Positions 24,256 to 36,406 of a DNA stretch of 64,000 nt are shown piece after piece. The first letter of the stretch is position 1. Each line of letters opens with the position of its first letter. A program made the translations under genes and the position numbers. The stretch is from positions 19,578,795 to 19,642,794 of the forward strand of contig NC_092670.1 in the NCBI RefSeq assembly GCF_964355755.1. Direction: 5' to 3'. The DNA is from Antedon mediterranea. Lineage: Eukaryota; Animalia; Echinodermata. Under the pieces are notes generated by a model. It saw nothing but the letters and a program-made list of their open reading frames with translations. It had not been told where the DNA came from and ran no database searches.

Positions 24256-25164
24256 CTATTTAGCTGTTTGGTCTGCGCGTATGCGTAGCTGGTACATTTT
24301 CTCGTAATACGGCATCGCTTCATCAATACATTTGTTCACATCTTCCGGTAGATCGGCTCGATCTGCTGGAGAGGGAGCCTTGTAAAATTTCTGACTAGCA
24401 AACGCTTCTTTATAATAACCCATGAACTGGTTGCCTTGCATTATCGTGTTTGAAAACTTCCATTTCTGTATAACGCTATCTCCTGCGTTCCAATTCAATA
24501 ATTCATCTTTGTACGTGACTCCCGTGCGGTTACAAAATTCCTTCAAAACCAATTCCGGGTTTTCCAAGAGGTCATCAGAATCGATGATTACTGGGTTTGG
24601 TTCGATTCCGGTTTTTACAAGATGCTCGTAGAGTTGGAAACTTTCTCCAAAAGCATATTTCTCTGGGACAATGTTGTTTTTGTTTTCCAAAACTAAATCT
24701 AATCCAGAAGACATTTCTTTTAACATGTTGTTCAGAAGTTTCTTCCAAGATGTGAAAACCTTCACGGGATTTCGGATCAAGAACGCATGACGGTATCCTT
24801 CCGGCAACATGTGCAGCTTCCATGCGATACCGTATGACATATCTTTGACAAACACAACTTTCTTGTCTGGATATTCGGCCTCCAGAACATTCTCTTTTAT
24901 GAACTTATAGGTCGCCTTGTTGGTATCCCAACCACCAGCGTCAAATCCCAACTCAACGTCTTCCGCTTTGGCCACGAATTTCTCTTCTTCTTCTCGAAAG
25001 ATTTCTGGTGTCGGTATCTTTTCTGGTCCAATGCTGTACGCGGAAATGTACGGTTCATTTATGATCTGCACGTCGTCAAGGTTACTCATGCATTTTTCAA
25101 ACGCAGTTGACACAGTACGAGGAATACACCAAAGAATAACACGAACTTGCTTGTCATCAGTCAT
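24256..25164 (-). CDS. Sulfotransferase-fold protein (Sulfotransfer_5-like / BCAT-like N-terminal domain family), copy 1, intact, 302 aa
   Basis: Single coding exon. N-terminal beta-strand plus PSB-like loop ILWCIPRTVST, then EPY, VFVKDM, a 3'-PB-like FLIRNP....S, and PVIIDSDDLLENPE..L..FC. A splice acceptor lies just upstream of the ATG. Confidence 0.8.
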   Translation of the reverse strand: MTDDKQVRVILWCIPRTVSTAFEKCMSNLDDVQIINEPYISAYSIGPEKIPTPEIFREEEEKFVAKAEDVELGFDAGGWDTNKATYKFIKENVLEAEYPDKKVVFVKDMSYGIAWKLHMLPEGYRHAFLIRNPVKVFTSWKKLLNNMLKEMSSGLDLVLENKNNIVPEKYAFGESFQLYEHLVKTGIEPNPVIIDSDDLLENPELVLKEFCNRTGVTYKDELLNWNAGDSVIQKWKFSNTIMQGNQFMGYYKEAFASQKFYKAPSPADRADLPEDVNKCIDEAMPYYEKMYQLRIRADQTAK

Positions 25165-25566
25165 TATTTACCTGCATAGAAAGTATAAATAATGGTCTCT
25201 ATGTTTTCATTCGATAAAATATTAAACACCGTCATTACAATATTTTGTCTACGCTGCCCTTGTGCTTACTTTGAAAAAGCCGTTAATTTCAAGAATTATA
25301 ATTATCTTCTTTTTTTTTCAAATTCGTTGCGAGATGTAAAATATAATTACAGGGTACGAGGGGGGAGCGTGTATGTTCGATGATCTGACCGTAGGTCCAG
25401 GAGTGAAACCCCCTAGTGGTTTCAGCATGCTTGAATTTAGAATACGTAAATCGTGATATCAGTACTTTCAGGCTACAGTTTAATTAATCTAGTCCCAGTC
25501 AGTGTTTAGATGTATTTTTCATTTATATTATAGGCCTGCAATATCTATATATAGAACAGTTTTTAA

Positions 25567-26242
25567 AACAAGGCCAACAGCCATTAAGTCGCGTGCTACA
25601 ATGCATAGTGATACCGGACCGACAGACAGACCGACAGACAGACAGACCGACCGACATAGTGAACTATAGAGTCGCGTCCACGCGACTAAAAAGGCATAAT
25701 TTTTACGAATTTTTGAACTTTTTCATCAAAAACGTGCGCAAATTATCCAATTCGACGTGCTCGTATGACGTAATTTTAAGTCGAAATTTTTTAAAAGTTG
25801 GTAAAATTATTAGAAAAGGCTGCAAAAACATAAATCATGCGAAAAAAGTATGTATTTAACGCTACGTGCGCATTTTAAAATTTTAAATGCGCGTGCGCGC
25901 GTAACTTTGTGTAAAACATACATTTTTTTTTCAACAGAAAGTTAGCGCCTGATATAAATTAAACTTTTGCAAAGTTTCAATTTAAAATGTTATTTGGTTT
26001 TTGACCTATGTTAAATACGAGAAAATCGTTAAATCGCGCGTAAATCACGTTGCGCAACTCTAACGGCATTCACAATAGGAGGTGCACAATTTCACGTAAA
26101 TGCCCACATGTATGACATCAAAACAGTTCAAAAAGTACAGAAAAGCGATAAAACGCATAGTGATACTGGACCGACAGACAGACCGACAGACAGACCGACC
26201 GACCGACATAGTGAACTATAGAGTCGCGTCCACGCGACTAAA
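25567..26242. mobile_element. DINE-1/HINE-like non-autonomous Helentron
   Basis: Starts AACAAG, has subterminal AGTCGCGT, a (GACA/GACC)n microsatellite, and an end hairpin AGTCGCGTCCACGCGACT (present twice). The empty A-run site is visible in the paralogous block at about 32697. Confidence 0.75.
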
Positions 26243-27195
26243 AATGCGGCGGCACAATATTATTTCTCTACTGTTTAAATAGTAGGCCCTATCCAAGCTT
26301 TGCACTAAATGGATGAAACGAAACAGCGGTCTTTTTCTAATTCTGTTCTTTATCTGATGTCCTAATAATAAAGTGTTTTGTAAAGGTTTTACCTGTAATG
26401 TGTAATCAACTTTAATTAGAATTGTAAACTCTTATACAATAACGTTCTATAGACCCGGGGCGATGATCGTCCTTTCAGTGTGAATGTGTAAAGAAGTAAA
26501 TGCCTGCAGGAACCAGTAAATGTAAGCCTACGTATTTTTGAAGTTATCAACAATCAAATAAGTTGAAAGTCCGTCTATCTTAAACCGAGGCTAAGTAGAT
26601 AAATCTGTTAGATAGTGAATCATAAACCGTGGAGATATCGATGTATTAGGCCTCTATAACCTGAGACAACCATATTGTTATAACTTTGTTATCTTCTTTC
26701 GTATTCGTGACGTGCCAAAACCGCGTCTCGCCTACATTAATGCTTTCTGATCTCACATTGAGGCAAACCCCTCCTCTAAAGCATTTTTCAAAAAAATTTG
26801 TAAAGAGATGATTTGTTGGTACGTTTCAACATTTTTCAAATTGTTTTAAGCATTATTCTAAAATCCTCATTATATTACTATCATCATAGGTATAATATGT
26901 CGTGCTTCAGGGCCATAGTTTACTCAATGCAGTGAAGTAAAAAACTCTTGGCTGGGGGAGAGAAGGAAAACGGTCAGAGGCCGACAAAAGTCACATAATG
27001 TTTCACAACAATATTCTTGGGGAATCTTACGAATGATCTAATGTGGGATATGAATATTAATCAAGTAATAATCGATGGATGTGTCCAGGAAAAAGTTTCA
27101 AAATACAATGCAGTCTAATGCCAATCGTAGACTTTCTATAAAGTCTACTCTATAGGCTGTGATTCAGTATATTTGTGATAAACTACCCACAATTA

Positions 27196-28089
27196 TCATT
27201 GCTTTTCTGCACACAGACGGAGCGCGTACATTTTCTCATAATACGGCATAGATGCGTCAACACATTTGTTCACATCTTCTGGGAGATCGGCTCGATCTGC
27301 TGGAGGAGGAGCCTTGTAAAAATTCTGAATTGCAAAAGCATCTTCATAATAACCACATAACTGGTTGCCTTTCATAAACAACTCAGAAAACTTCCATTTC
27401 TGTACAACACTATCTCCCGCATTCCAACTCAACAGTTCGTCTTTATACTGAATTTCTGTCCGCGTGCAAAACTTCTCAAGATCAATTCTGGAGTTTCCAA
27501 AAGATCATCGGAATCTATGATTACTGGGTTTGGTTCGATTTCAGATTTTACCAGATGCTCGTAGAGTTGAAAGCTTTCTCCGAAAAAAATACTTTTCTGG
27601 AATAAGATTTCCTTTGTTTTCCAATGGCAATACAGTAGAAAGTGCCTTTCCCGTTTTTTCTAGACATTTTTTCAAAGATGTGAAAACCTTTACGGGATTT
27701 CGGATTAAGAATGCATGGCGGTAGCCTTCTGGCAACATGTGCAGCTTCCATGCGATACTATGCGACATATCTTTGACAAACACAACTGTCTTGTCGGGAT
27801 ATTCGGCCTCCAGAATATTTTCTTTTATGAACTTGTATGTCGCCTTGTTTTTTTCCCAACCTGGATGAAAACCCAAGTCAATCTCACTTGATTTAGCCAC
27901 AAATTTCTCTCCTTTCTTTTTCAAATGTTCTGGTCGTGGTAACATCTCTGGTCCAATGGTGTACGCGGACACGTATGGTTCATTTATGATCTGCACGTCG
28001 TCAAGGTTACTCATGCATTTTCCAAATGCAGTTGACACCGTACGAGGAATACACCAAAGAATAACACGAACTTGCTTGTCATCAGTCAT
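27196..28089 (-). pseudogene. Sulfotransferase-fold gene copy 2, frameshifted
   Basis: A +1 in an A-run at about 27583 and a -1 at about 27473, with a stop at 27541 between them. Overall length is 894 bp, the same as intact copy 3. Confidence 0.8.
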
Positions 28090-28147
28090 GTTGTAGGCTA
28101 TCTATAACATAGGAATATAACACAATGCAATTTGGTGCTGAAAAAAC

Positions 28148-28388
28148 TGGTTCGAATCCAGTTTTTACTTGAAGCTTGTAGAGTTGGAAACTTTTTCCGA
28201 AACCGCAATTTTCTGGAATAATACTATTTTTGTTTGCCAACAAATATACCGTAGAAAGTGCCTTTCCTATTTTTTTCTAACGCTTTTTTCCAAGATGGGA
28301 AAACCTTTGGATCTGGAGGAATCGTCCAAGAAAACGTCGTGAGGGTTGGTTACTCATGCATTTTTCAAATGCAGTTGACGCCGTACGA
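28148..28388 (-). pseudogene. Internally deleted sulfotransferase-fold gene fragment
   Basis: Pieces match the middle of copy 3 (GTAGAGTTGGAAAC...GAAAACCTTT) and the N-terminus (GTTACTCATGCATTT..CAAATGCAGTTGAC). Confidence 0.75.
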
Positions 28389-28413
28389 TCAGAGAAGAGT
28401 GAAATTACAATAA

Positions 28414-28783
28414 CTAGATGGTACGCTCGCTTCGCTCGCGTACCATCTAGGTCGTGCCCACAGATGGTTCTCGAATATATAATAATTTCAGCGTTTAAAA
28501 AATGGCGATTTCAAATGTACGTACCGCAGGATAATAATACATGTCGTTTACAGGAACGAATAAATAGACACTGTGATTTATGTACTGAACTAAAATTAGC
28601 ACCCTGGGAATTACTTCCGAAAGAGAAACTTGTCACAAAATGAGACCAATTGTTTAAGTCAAATTTAAACAAACTTAATTTGTGTTTTGTATGTAACATT
28701 AGGGTTGAGGGATAGGAAAGAGGATGGGTGCAAAGAGGAACAATTTTTAAATATATTCTTTATCCATGTAGTAACGAAATATA
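28414..28783 (-). mobile_element. Non-autonomous Helitron 3' region (same family as 1368..2554); 5' end uncertain, possibly near 29650
   Basis: Identical terminal hairpin/CTAG at 28414-28450 and about 370 bp of homology to 1368-1740. Confidence 0.75.
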
Positions 28784-30088
28784 AAACAATCATACTTTAC
28801 CTGTATTCATGCTCACCTGTAAGCAGATAAGGAAGTAGAATGGATAAGTTACAACTTTCAGACTATAATAAGAATGTTAATTTAAGATGACTATGTATAG
28901 TATAGTTGGGATAATTGCAAGGATCGTACGTATATTTTCTCGAGTACGATGATTTTGACTGAGTAATTTTCGCGTGATTATCGTGTCCCTGTCATTAAAC
29001 ATAAAAGCCAGTAAATTCTCTGGAGGAGTTTGATATTGACTGTGTAATTTGCGTTGCGATAAATAAACAAGTCATCTACTAGGACTCGAACTCGCGAAGA
29101 TTAGTCACATCATCTCGAGACTACGTTTTACACGCCGCGCCACTTGCATGAAGAAATAAATTAACTAAACTATTTAAAATATACATACATAGCGCCCTAA
29201 TTTTGTTATTATTTTGCCCTCTATAGATGCAACGAAAGTTTGTGATTGGTCAATACTCACGGTAGTAACCCTGTTACGCGGGGCGCGCTGAACATCCGGT
29301 GATTCGGCTCGAAGAAGATGAGTTAATATTTATTCGGCCTACCTAATAATATTATTATTGTTATTAATGTAGGCTTATTTATGGAAATTCTTCTGTTAAT
29401 TTAAAAGACCTAGGCCTAAGTGAATATTTTATTGCCAAGGAATCATTAATATAAGTAAATTGTCTGTATATTCTTCTTCTTCGCAAGTTAAAGTAAGTAG
29501 GCAGGAATTAATACATACATAAGGCCTAGGATCGGTAACAAGATTTGAAATCCCCTCTGGAAATGATAAAATATCATTCCCTCGGGTATGTCAAATCTTT
29601 AATTTTACCTCTAAGCAGGCAGGCAAAATCTGTATACAGTAATATGATGGGGATAGATTCGATAAACATGATTCATTTATTATCTGCACATCATCAAGAT
29701 AAACACAAGAATACAACACATTAAAGAATACAACACATTAAAGATAATCTTATAATTCAAATTTTAAACTTAATAATTTTAAATATTTAATTTTACGTAT
29801 TTCTTTGTGGAGAGGTTCTCTACGTTTATTTTGTTACCTGGGTAATAATCCTGCCTCATTGGTTTACTTTTGTTCTGTTGTCATGTACTCTTGTTTACAA
29901 TGGCGAAATAAATGATATGTGATAATGATTAATTTAATTTAACTGCTTTAAATTGCATTATGCTGCTGTTCAAATTTGTTTTGTAATGTTGAATTTAGGT
30001 GGTCTAGGCATAATGCCAATCATAATGTAGGCTTATAATAATGTCCGTACCATGTGATTAAAAATAATTTGTATTTAACACAAACGTA

Positions 30089-30982
30089 TCATTGCTTTTC
30101 TGGACGCAGGCGTAGCGCGTACATTTTCTCGTAATACGGCATAGATGCGTCAACACATATTTTCACATCTTCTGGTATATCTTTTCGATCTGCTGCAGGA
30201 GGAGACTTGTAAAAATTCTGACTTGCAAAAGCATCTTCATAATAACCACATAACTGGTTTCCTTGCATCAACAAGTCCGAAGACTTCCATTTCTGTACAA
30301 CACTATCTCCTGCATTCCAATTCAACAGTTCGTCTTTATACTGAATTCCTGTACGTTTACAAAACTCTCTCAAAATAATTTCTGGATTTTCCAAAAGATC
30401 ATCGGAATCTATGATTACTGGGTTTGGTTCGATTCCATACTTTACCAGATGCTCGTAGAGTTGGAAGCTTTCTCCGAAACCGTAATTTTCTGGAATAATA
30501 CTATTTTTGTTTGCCAACAAATATACAGTAGAAAGTGCCTTTCCTATTTTTTCTAACACTTTTTTCCAAGATGTGAAAACCTTTACGGGATTTCGGATCA
30601 AGAATGCATGGCGGTAGCCTTCTGGCAACATGTGCAGCTTCCATGCGATACCATGCGACATATCTTTGACAAACACAACTTTCTTGTCGGGATATTCGGC
30701 CTCCAGAATATTTTCTTTTATGAACTTGTATGTCGCCTTGTTTGTTTCCCAACCTGGATGAAAACCCAAGTCAATCTCACTTGATTTACCCACAAATTCC
30801 TCTGCTTCCTTTTTCAAATGTTCTGATGGTGAAAACATCTCTGGTCCAATGGCGTACGCGGACACGTATGGTTCATTTATGATCTGCACGTCGTCAAGGT
30901 TACTCATGCATTTTCCAAATGCAGTTGACACCGTACGAGGAATACACCAAAGAATAACACGAACTTGCTTGTCATCAGCCAT
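30089..30982 (-). CDS. Sulfotransferase-fold protein copy 3, intact, 297 aa
   Basis: Same motifs as copy 1. Putative 5'-UTR intron with acceptor TATAG near 30995 and donor GTAAA at about 31147. Confidence 0.8.
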   Translation of the reverse strand: MADDKQVRVILWCIPRTVSTAFGKCMSNLDDVQIINEPYVSAYAIGPEMFSPSEHLKKEAEEFVGKSSEIDLGFHPGWETNKATYKFIKENILEAEYPDKKVVFVKDMSHGIAWKLHMLPEGYRHAFLIRNPVKVFTSWKKVLEKIGKALSTVYLLANKNSIIPENYGFGESFQLYEHLVKYGIEPNPVIIDSDDLLENPEIILREFCKRTGIQYKDELLNWNAGDSVVQKWKSSDLLMQGNQLCGYYEDAFASQNFYKSPPAADRKDIPEDVKICVDASMPYYEKMYALRLRPEKQ

Positions 30983-31063
30983 GTTGTAGGCTATCTATAA
31001 CATAGTAAAAATAATGCAGTTAGTCTATTACTACAGCTCTTTATGATTGGTGAAAAGTATTAA

Positions 31064-31114
<51 letters not shown>
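31064..31114. repeat. (AAT)n microsatellite
   Basis: About 17 AAT units. Confidence 0.95.
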
Positions 31115-31116
<2 letters not shown>

Positions 31117-31603
31117 ACAATACATTTTTTAAAACATTTGTTTTTACCTGTATTCTGTGCTCAATTTTTAAGTAGATATCTTGAATAAAAGCAATAAAGT
31201 GAATAAGTTTCACCTTAGCTACTCTCTTGTAGCTAAATGGCTTAGCTAATGTGTAGACCTAGTATTTGGGATATATTGACTTATACAATAGTATGTCCAT
31301 AGGCTTGCAACAAAGTCCAACATATCTGAATGGACCAATAGACAGGTAATCAGGCCAATTACCTTGGTCCAGTGATAAATAAAAGAAAGCAGCCGTGATT
31401 TTTGTTGTTGATGATAATTACATTAATTACATTTTAACGAGATAATTTTCATACAATAAATATTTGTGCCTTAAAATAACAAATAAAGTAATTTTTTTAC
31501 ATTTAGTAGTATTTGTAAACTTTTATACAACGTGAACAAATAAGAATATTTATTTATTTTTTCCCAGCATGCATGATTAGGCAACGCCCACATCGCATAT
31601 AAC

Positions 31604-32560
31604 CAAAGAACTTATAACACAAGAATCTCCTGTTCGTCCGAAGCGCGTAACAATTTCGAAAGGCATTGTGGGATAGAATAGAGCTAATGGGTGGCGCCAT
31701 TGTGAGCCATGGAGAAGGGCGCCCGCATCAAATTAGAAAGTCAAAATCATAGAGGGGGTATGCTAATACTATAGGGGGATAGAGTAATTGACTGAGCCCT
31801 CTATTGGAGTAGTGCGCCCTTAACAAATTAGAAAGTCAAAATCATAACTCTTGTTCCTTTCTCAGTCAGCAATGTCGAGCGATGTGTGTCAGAATCATAT
31901 AAATCAGAGTGGTCAAATAATATAATGCAAAAAACCTCATTAAATTTATACTCAAAATTGAAACCTTTCCCTAATTTAAAAATATTTACTTGATAAAACA
32001 CATTTTTATGAGACAAGTCTGAAATTTAAATTAAGATCTAACACTCTACCTTAGATTGTAAAACTTATAAATGGTCCAATGATGTGTCCGGTCTTTGTAC
32101 TGTGTGTGGGAATGGTGAAATTGAAGACATTAAACGTTTTTTATTAAACTGTTAAGCATTTGATAATATTAGAATGAAAGAATTATCCATTCTACAAAAT
32201 AACCCTGTGCTCTGTAATGATTATGACACATGTAATCGTTACACAACAGCAAGTGCTGATGCATTAGGCGCAGGAGCCACGGATAGCGTTACGAAGTATA
32301 GTGTTTTACAAGAACTATATTAAAAGAATTGAATGTATGGAGAATGAAAACAAAAGTTAAACGTTATATATAAAACATCACTTAGATGATATCTATCAGA
32401 TATATCATTTTCTAAACATTGTTTCATTAGTTATATCACGGAAAAATAAGTTAGTTATACATAAGTAAGTTATTTCTCCATGAAAGTTTCTCCATTGTTA
32501 TATTCACATATATTTATATTTGGTTTTACCATGGAGGTTTTTATACCTCCATGGTTTAAC
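31604..32560. mobile_element. P-like element end plus decayed LINE fragment
   Basis: Begins CAAAGAACTTATAACACAAGAAT, like the TIR at 20040. About 32020-32170 on + reads FKLRSNTLP...CTVCGNGEIEDIKRFLLNC (degenerate LINE C-terminal zinc knuckle). A small palindrome CATGGAGGT..ACCTCCATG lies at 32530-32553. Confidence 0.55.
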
Positions 32561-33695
32561 AGAGAGCGAAACCCCCTAGTGGTTTCAGCATGCTTGGATT
32601 TAGAATACGTAAATCGTGTTATCGTTACTCTTAATTTAATCAATCTCCCAGCCAGTGTTTAGGCCCACAATATTTATGTATAGATCATAGTTTTAAAAAT
32701 GCGGCATAATATTATTTCTCTGTTTATAGTAGTCCCTTTGCACTAAAAGAATGAAACGAAACAGCGCTCTTTTTCGGATTCTGTTCTTTATCTTATGTCC
32801 TAATAAAGTATTTTGTAAAAGTTTTACCTTTAATTTGTAATCAACTTTAATTAAAATTGTTAACTCTGTTATACAATAACGTTCTATAGACCCAGGCCGA
32901 TAATCGTCCTTTCAGTGTGAATAATGTACGCCTAAAGAAGTAATGCCTGCAGGAACCAGTCAATGTAAGCCTAGGTATTTTTGAAGTTATCAAATAAGTT
33001 GAAAGTCCGTCTATCTTAAACCGAGGCTAAATAGATAAATCTGTAAATTATAAACCATGGAGATATCGATGTATATTATTAGGCCTCTATAACCTGAGAC
33101 AACAATATTGTTATAACTTTGTTTTCTTCTTTCGTATTCGTGACGTGCCGGTATATAGGCCTACGTCAATGCTTTCTGATTTACTCCATCTCACATTGAG
33201 GCAATACCCTTCCTCTAAAGCATTTTTTCTCAAAAATTGGTAAAAATATTGTTGGTACGTTTCAACATTTTTCGAATTGTTTTAAGCATTATTCTAAAAC
33301 CCTCGTTATATTACTATCATAGGCATTATATGTCGTGCTTCAGGGCCATACTTAGCTCAATGCAGGGAAGTGAAAAACTATTGCCTAGGGAGAGAAGGAA
33401 AACGGCTAAAGGAGGTGATCAGAGGCCGACAAAAGTCATTAAAACAATATTTAAAAAAACACAAAACAAAATAAAACAAAATATTAAAACGTTTCACAAC
33501 AATATTCTTGCGGAATCTTATGAATTATCTAATGATTGGATATGAATATTAATCTAGTAATAATCGATAGATGTGTCTAGTAAAAAGTGTCAAAATACAA
33601 TGCAGTCCAATGCCAATCGTAGGCTTATTATAAAGTCTACTCTATAGGCTGTGATTCAGTATATTTTTGATATACTGTAACTATACCCACAGTTA

Positions 33696-34592
33696 CTATT
33701 GCTTTTGTGCACGCAGGCGTAGCTCGTACATTCTCTCGTAATACGGCATAGATGCGTCAACACATATTTTCACATCTTCTGGGAGATCGGCTCGATCTGC
33801 TGGAGGAGGAGCCTTGTAAAAATTCTGACTTGCAAAAGCATCTTCATAATAACCACATAATTGGTTGCCTTTCATAAACAATTCTGAAAACTTCCACTTC
33901 TGTACAACACTATCGCCTGCATTCCAACTCAACAGTTCGTCTTTATACTGAATTCCTGTACGGTTGCAAAACTCTCTCAAAATAATTTCTGGATTTTCCA
34001 AAAGATCATCGGTATCTATGATTACTGGGTTTGGTTCAATTCCAGACTTTACCAGATGCTCGTAGAGTTGAAAAGTTTCTCCGAAAAAATACTTTTCTGG
34101 AATAATATTTCCTTTGTTTTCCAATGGCAATACAGTAGAAAGTGCCTTTCCCGTTTTTTCTAGCAATTTTTTCCAAGATGTGAAAACCTTTACGGGATTT
34201 CGAATCAAGAATGCATGACGGTATCCTTCCGGTAACATGTGCAGCTTCCATGCGATACCGTATGACATATCTTTGACAAACACAACTCTCTTGTCGGAAT
34301 ATTCGGCCTCCAAAAGTTTCTCTTTTGTGAACTTGTATGTCGCCATGTTTGCATCCCAACCAGCGTCATGTTTCAAGACAATCCCATTTGTTTTAGCTAT
34401 AAATTTCTCTTGAAAGTCTTTTTCAAAACTTGCTGATGGCTGCTTCATCTCTGGTCCAATCAAGAACGCGGACACGTATGGTTCATTTATGATCTGCACG
34501 TCGTCAAGGTTACTCATACATTTTTCAAATGCAGTTGACACCGTACGAGGAATACACCAAAGAATAACACGAACTTGCTTGTCATCAGACAT
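33696..34592 (-). CDS. Sulfotransferase-fold protein copy 4, intact, 298 aa
   Basis: Same motifs as copy 1. Putative 5'-UTR intron donor at about 34706. Confidence 0.8.
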   Translation of the reverse strand: MSDDKQVRVILWCIPRTVSTAFEKCMSNLDDVQIINEPYVSAFLIGPEMKQPSASFEKDFQEKFIAKTNGIVLKHDAGWDANMATYKFTKEKLLEAEYSDKRVVFVKDMSYGIAWKLHMLPEGYRHAFLIRNPVKVFTSWKKLLEKTGKALSTVLPLENKGNIIPEKYFFGETFQLYEHLVKSGIEPNPVIIDTDDLLENPEIILREFCNRTGIQYKDELLSWNAGDSVVQKWKFSELFMKGNQLCGYYEDAFASQNFYKAPPPADRADLPEDVKICVDASMPYYERMYELRLRAQKQ

Positions 34593-35053
34593 GTTGTAGG
34601 CCTATCTATAACATAGGAATATAACACAGTGCAATTTGGTGCTGAAAAAACTTACATAAGAAATAAAACATGATATGCCTATATTATAAAAAACAATATG
34701 TTTTACCTGTATTCTTTGCTCAATTTGTAAGTATAGATATCTTAAATAAAAGCAAGAAAATACACTTTAATATGGCTACTTCCTTGAAGTTTAAGATACA
34801 GTAATTAGCCTTTTGTGAAGATAGGCCTATGTATTGGCTTCCATATAAAAGTAATAACAAAGTCCAATATATTTCAATGGACTCAAGACCCAATAGATAG
34901 GTAATCAGGGCAATTACCTTGGTCAATGATAAATAACAGATAACAGCCGTGATATTTTTTTGTTATAGATGATCTTTATTTTATCATCACCATCGTCTGA
35001 GTATTTTCATGTTTGTTTTTAATATATTGATTGGTATAAAGAATATAATTTTA

Positions 35054-35685
35054 AACTAGAGGGTACTCCGAGAGTACAAACCTCCGCGCGCCTGTTGTAA
35101 AATTCCCCTACATAAAATGTCCCCCGAAAATATATATATTTTTTACATTTTTTATATTAGGTCTAAGTGTAAATAGGCTAACTGCACATTACAAAGTTGT
35201 GGATGAGAGTTTGTTGTAATGGTTATGTATCCAGCCTCTCACAGTTGAGATCTGTGGTTCAAGTCCCACTGTGGTTTTGTTTTTATTATTAGGCCTATAA
35301 TTTGTTTTTGTTTTTTGTGGACATTGATCTTTGACCGCGACCCTTCAAAATTTAACCACAATTATATGATGAGTCATTGATCATTGTGGCTAAGTTTGGT
35401 GAGAATTGGATAAAAATTGTGGTCTCTAGGCAGTAAAATAGTTTTTTGTTAGTTGTGACCTTGACCTATGACCTTTTCCCCTCAAATTTGAACTCGTCCG
35501 AGCTTTTTAGGCATAGATCACTGTGGCCAAATTTGGTGAGAATCAAATAAAAACTGTGGCCTCCAGGCTGTTCACAGACACACACACAAACCGCACCAAT
35601 CAACATACTTGGTCAATTTTCAATTTGGCCAATTAACAAACAGACACACGTGATCGATTACATATACCACTTTGGCGGAGGTAAA
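35054..35685. mobile_element. DINE-1/HINE-like non-autonomous Helentron (further copies at 37766..38411 and 47229..47826)
   Basis: Starts AACTAG, has hairpin GTACTC-CGA-GAGTAC, subterminal inverted repeats ACCTCCGC / GCGGAGGT, a (CA)n tract and A/T-run flanks. It was multiplied with the segmental duplication. Confidence 0.7.
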
Positions 35686-36406
35686 TTAATAATAATACAC
35701 ACTAAATTTAGGCCTATTCTGTGCTCAATTTTAAGTAGATATCTTGAATAAAAGCAAGAACGTAAAATAAGTTTCAACTTCTCAGCTACGCCCTGGTAAG
35801 TTTAAGATAATGTGTATAGGCCTATTATTTGGGATTATATTGACATCCATAAACATTTAGTATGTAATGACAAAGTCCAATATATTTGAATGAACTCGAG
35901 ACCCAATAGAGGGCAATTACCTTGGTCCAGTGATAAATAACAGATAACAGCCGTGATTTGTTGTTGTTGACGATACACTTTATTTGAATTTTTGAAACGA
36001 TAAACACAAGAATACATCACATTAAAGAGAACTTATAATTCAAATTTTTAACTTTCAAAATAACTTTACCCATTTTAATTATTTCGTTGTGGAGAGGTTC
36101 TCTACGGTTATTTTGTTACCTGGGTAATAATCCTGCCTTATTGGTTTACTTTTTTGCTGTTTTCATGGACATTTTTGTTTACAATGGCGAAATAAATGAT
36201 ATGTGATGATTAATAATTTAATTAATCTATAACTGTTTTAAATTAAATTATACTGCAGGTCAAATTTGATTTTTATTTTGTAATGTTGAATTTACATTAA
36301 GTCTAGGCCTCATGTTAATCATAATGTAGGCTAGTATTATAATGTCTGCAGGCTGAAATTTCTGATTCAGTATACTTTGTATAACTATTTGACGCACACA
36401 AACTTA

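Noticed and set aside
24256-25164. Annotation as a branched-chain amino acid aminotransferase
   Set aside because: Only the sulfotransferase-like domain is present; there is no PLP-dependent class IV aminotransferase domain.
24256-34592. Bacterial contamination as the source of the intronless genes
   Set aside because: The genes are interleaved with eukaryotic transposons, have splice signals in their 5' UTRs, and are contiguous with an intron-rich animal gene.
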